Assembly: GCA_963749915.1 (NCBI GenBank)
Contig: CAVVOP010000022.1
Span: 448,001 to 512,000, forward strand
Direction: 5' to 3'
DNA: 64,000 nt
Origin: an uncultured cyanobacterium
Lineage (GTDB): Bacteria > Cyanobacteriota > Cyanobacteriia > Cyanobacteriales > Cyanobacteriaceae
The number at the start of each line of letters is the position of its first letter. The stretch's first letter is position 1. The position numbers were made by a program, and so were the translations under genes. Positions 63,068 to 64,000 of this stretch are shown here, piece by piece. Under the pieces are notes generated by a model. That model worked only from the letters and a program-made list of their open reading frames with translations, ran no database searches and was not told the origin of the DNA.

Positions 63068-64000
63068 ATGTATAGTATTTTTGAATATGGAGGAATGATC
63101 AAAGATTCCGTACGGATGTCTGCTTACATTGAGACATTGCGTAGGACAGTAACACCAGAATCTATCGTTTTAGAGATTGGTACAGGCACAGGCATTTTTG
63201 CTCTTATTGCTTGTCAGTTAGGAGCGAGGAAGGTTTATGCCATTGAACCTAATAATGCGGCCATTCGGGTTGCTCAAGATATTGCCCGCGTCAATGGTTA
63301 TGGGGATAAAATTGAGTTCATTCAGAATCTATCAACTGAAATAAACCTGCCTGAAAAAGTTAGCATAATACTCTCTGATCTAAGAGGTACTCTGCCACTA
63401 TTTCAAAATCATATTCCCGTTATTGTTGATGCCAGAAAAAGATTTTTAAGTCCGAATGGTGTACTTATTCCCCAACAAGATACTCTGTGGGCATGTGTGG
63501 TAGAGGCACCAGAATTTTATCGAGATAAATATAGTTCTCCTTGGGATGATAAACCCTATGGTTTCGAGATGAAATCAGCACGGCGATTCACTACCAATAC
63601 TTGGCATAGGTATAAAGTAAAACCGGAAGAACTTTTTGTCGAATCTCAGTGCTGGTCAACTCTGGACTATAACACCAGAGAAGATCCCGATGTCAAAGGG
63701 GAACTAAATTGGACCGTAGCACGCACTGGAGTAGCCCATGGTTTAAGCGTTTGGTTTGATGCCACCTTAGCTGAAGGGATTGGTTTTTCCAATGCCCCCG
63801 ATCAAATCGGAAGCGTTCATGGTGAAGCTTTTTTCCCTTTTTCCTTTCCCGTAAATCTTTCCGAGGGGGATACTGTTTCTGTGACTTTACGAGCTGACTT
63901 AGTGGGGAATGATTATATCTGGCGTTGGCATACCCAGATATTTGCTCAAGACAATCCTGCTCAAGTTAAAACCAACTTTAAACAATCTACCTTTTTTGGT
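63068..64000 (+). CDS. SAM-dependent methyltransferase of PRMT (protein arginine methyltransferase) fold, 3'-truncated by window; not in the ORF track
   Basis: 311 open codons: MIKDSVRMSAY, VLEIGTGTG, VYAIE, LPEKVSIILSD, ARKRFLSPNGVLIP, HGLSVWFD, FSNAP. Confidence 0.85.
   Translation, partial: MYSIFEYGGMIKDSVRMSAYIETLRRTVTPESIVLEIGTGTGIFALIACQLGARKVYAIEPNNAAIRVAQDIARVNGYGDKIEFIQNLSTEINLPEKVSIILSDLRGTLPLFQNHIPVIVDARKRFLSPNGVLIPQQDTLWACVVEAPEFYRDKYSSPWDDKPYGFEMKSARRFTTNTWHRYKVKPEELFVESQCWSTLDYNTREDPDVKGELNWTVARTGVAHGLSVWFDATLAEGIGFSNAPDQIGSVHGEAFFPFSFPVNLSEGDTVSVTLRADLVGNDYIWRWHTQIFAQDNPAQVKTNFKQSTFFG

Overview
AT-rich chromosomal window from a unicellular cyanobacterium (HIP1 GCGATCGC octamers, ycf3, prk, sqdB, cikA; Cyanobacterium/Geminocystis-like is an inference). 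Bases 1-51 kb are mostly housekeeping and photosynthesis genes. This part also holds a class I lysyl-tRNA synthetase, a cnfR/patB-type regulator, a frameshifted pilin gene and several gene and IS remnants. Bases 51.2-55.8 kb form an ISL3-bounded composite element with an 8-bp target duplication, carrying an IS982 remnant and a PIN toxin-antitoxin pair. Bases 55.9-64 kb hold a lasso peptide gene cluster: ABC exporter, nucleotidyltransferase, RRE (B1), leader peptidase (B2), HPr-kinase-like kinase and lasso cyclase. Two further genes missing from the ORF track were found by hand: a 43-aa precursor (core GGSSGTPETAMNPIGARP, with its own near-consensus promoter) and a protein-arginine-methyltransferase-fold enzyme that runs off the window end. 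All family calls come from motif recognition, not database searches.
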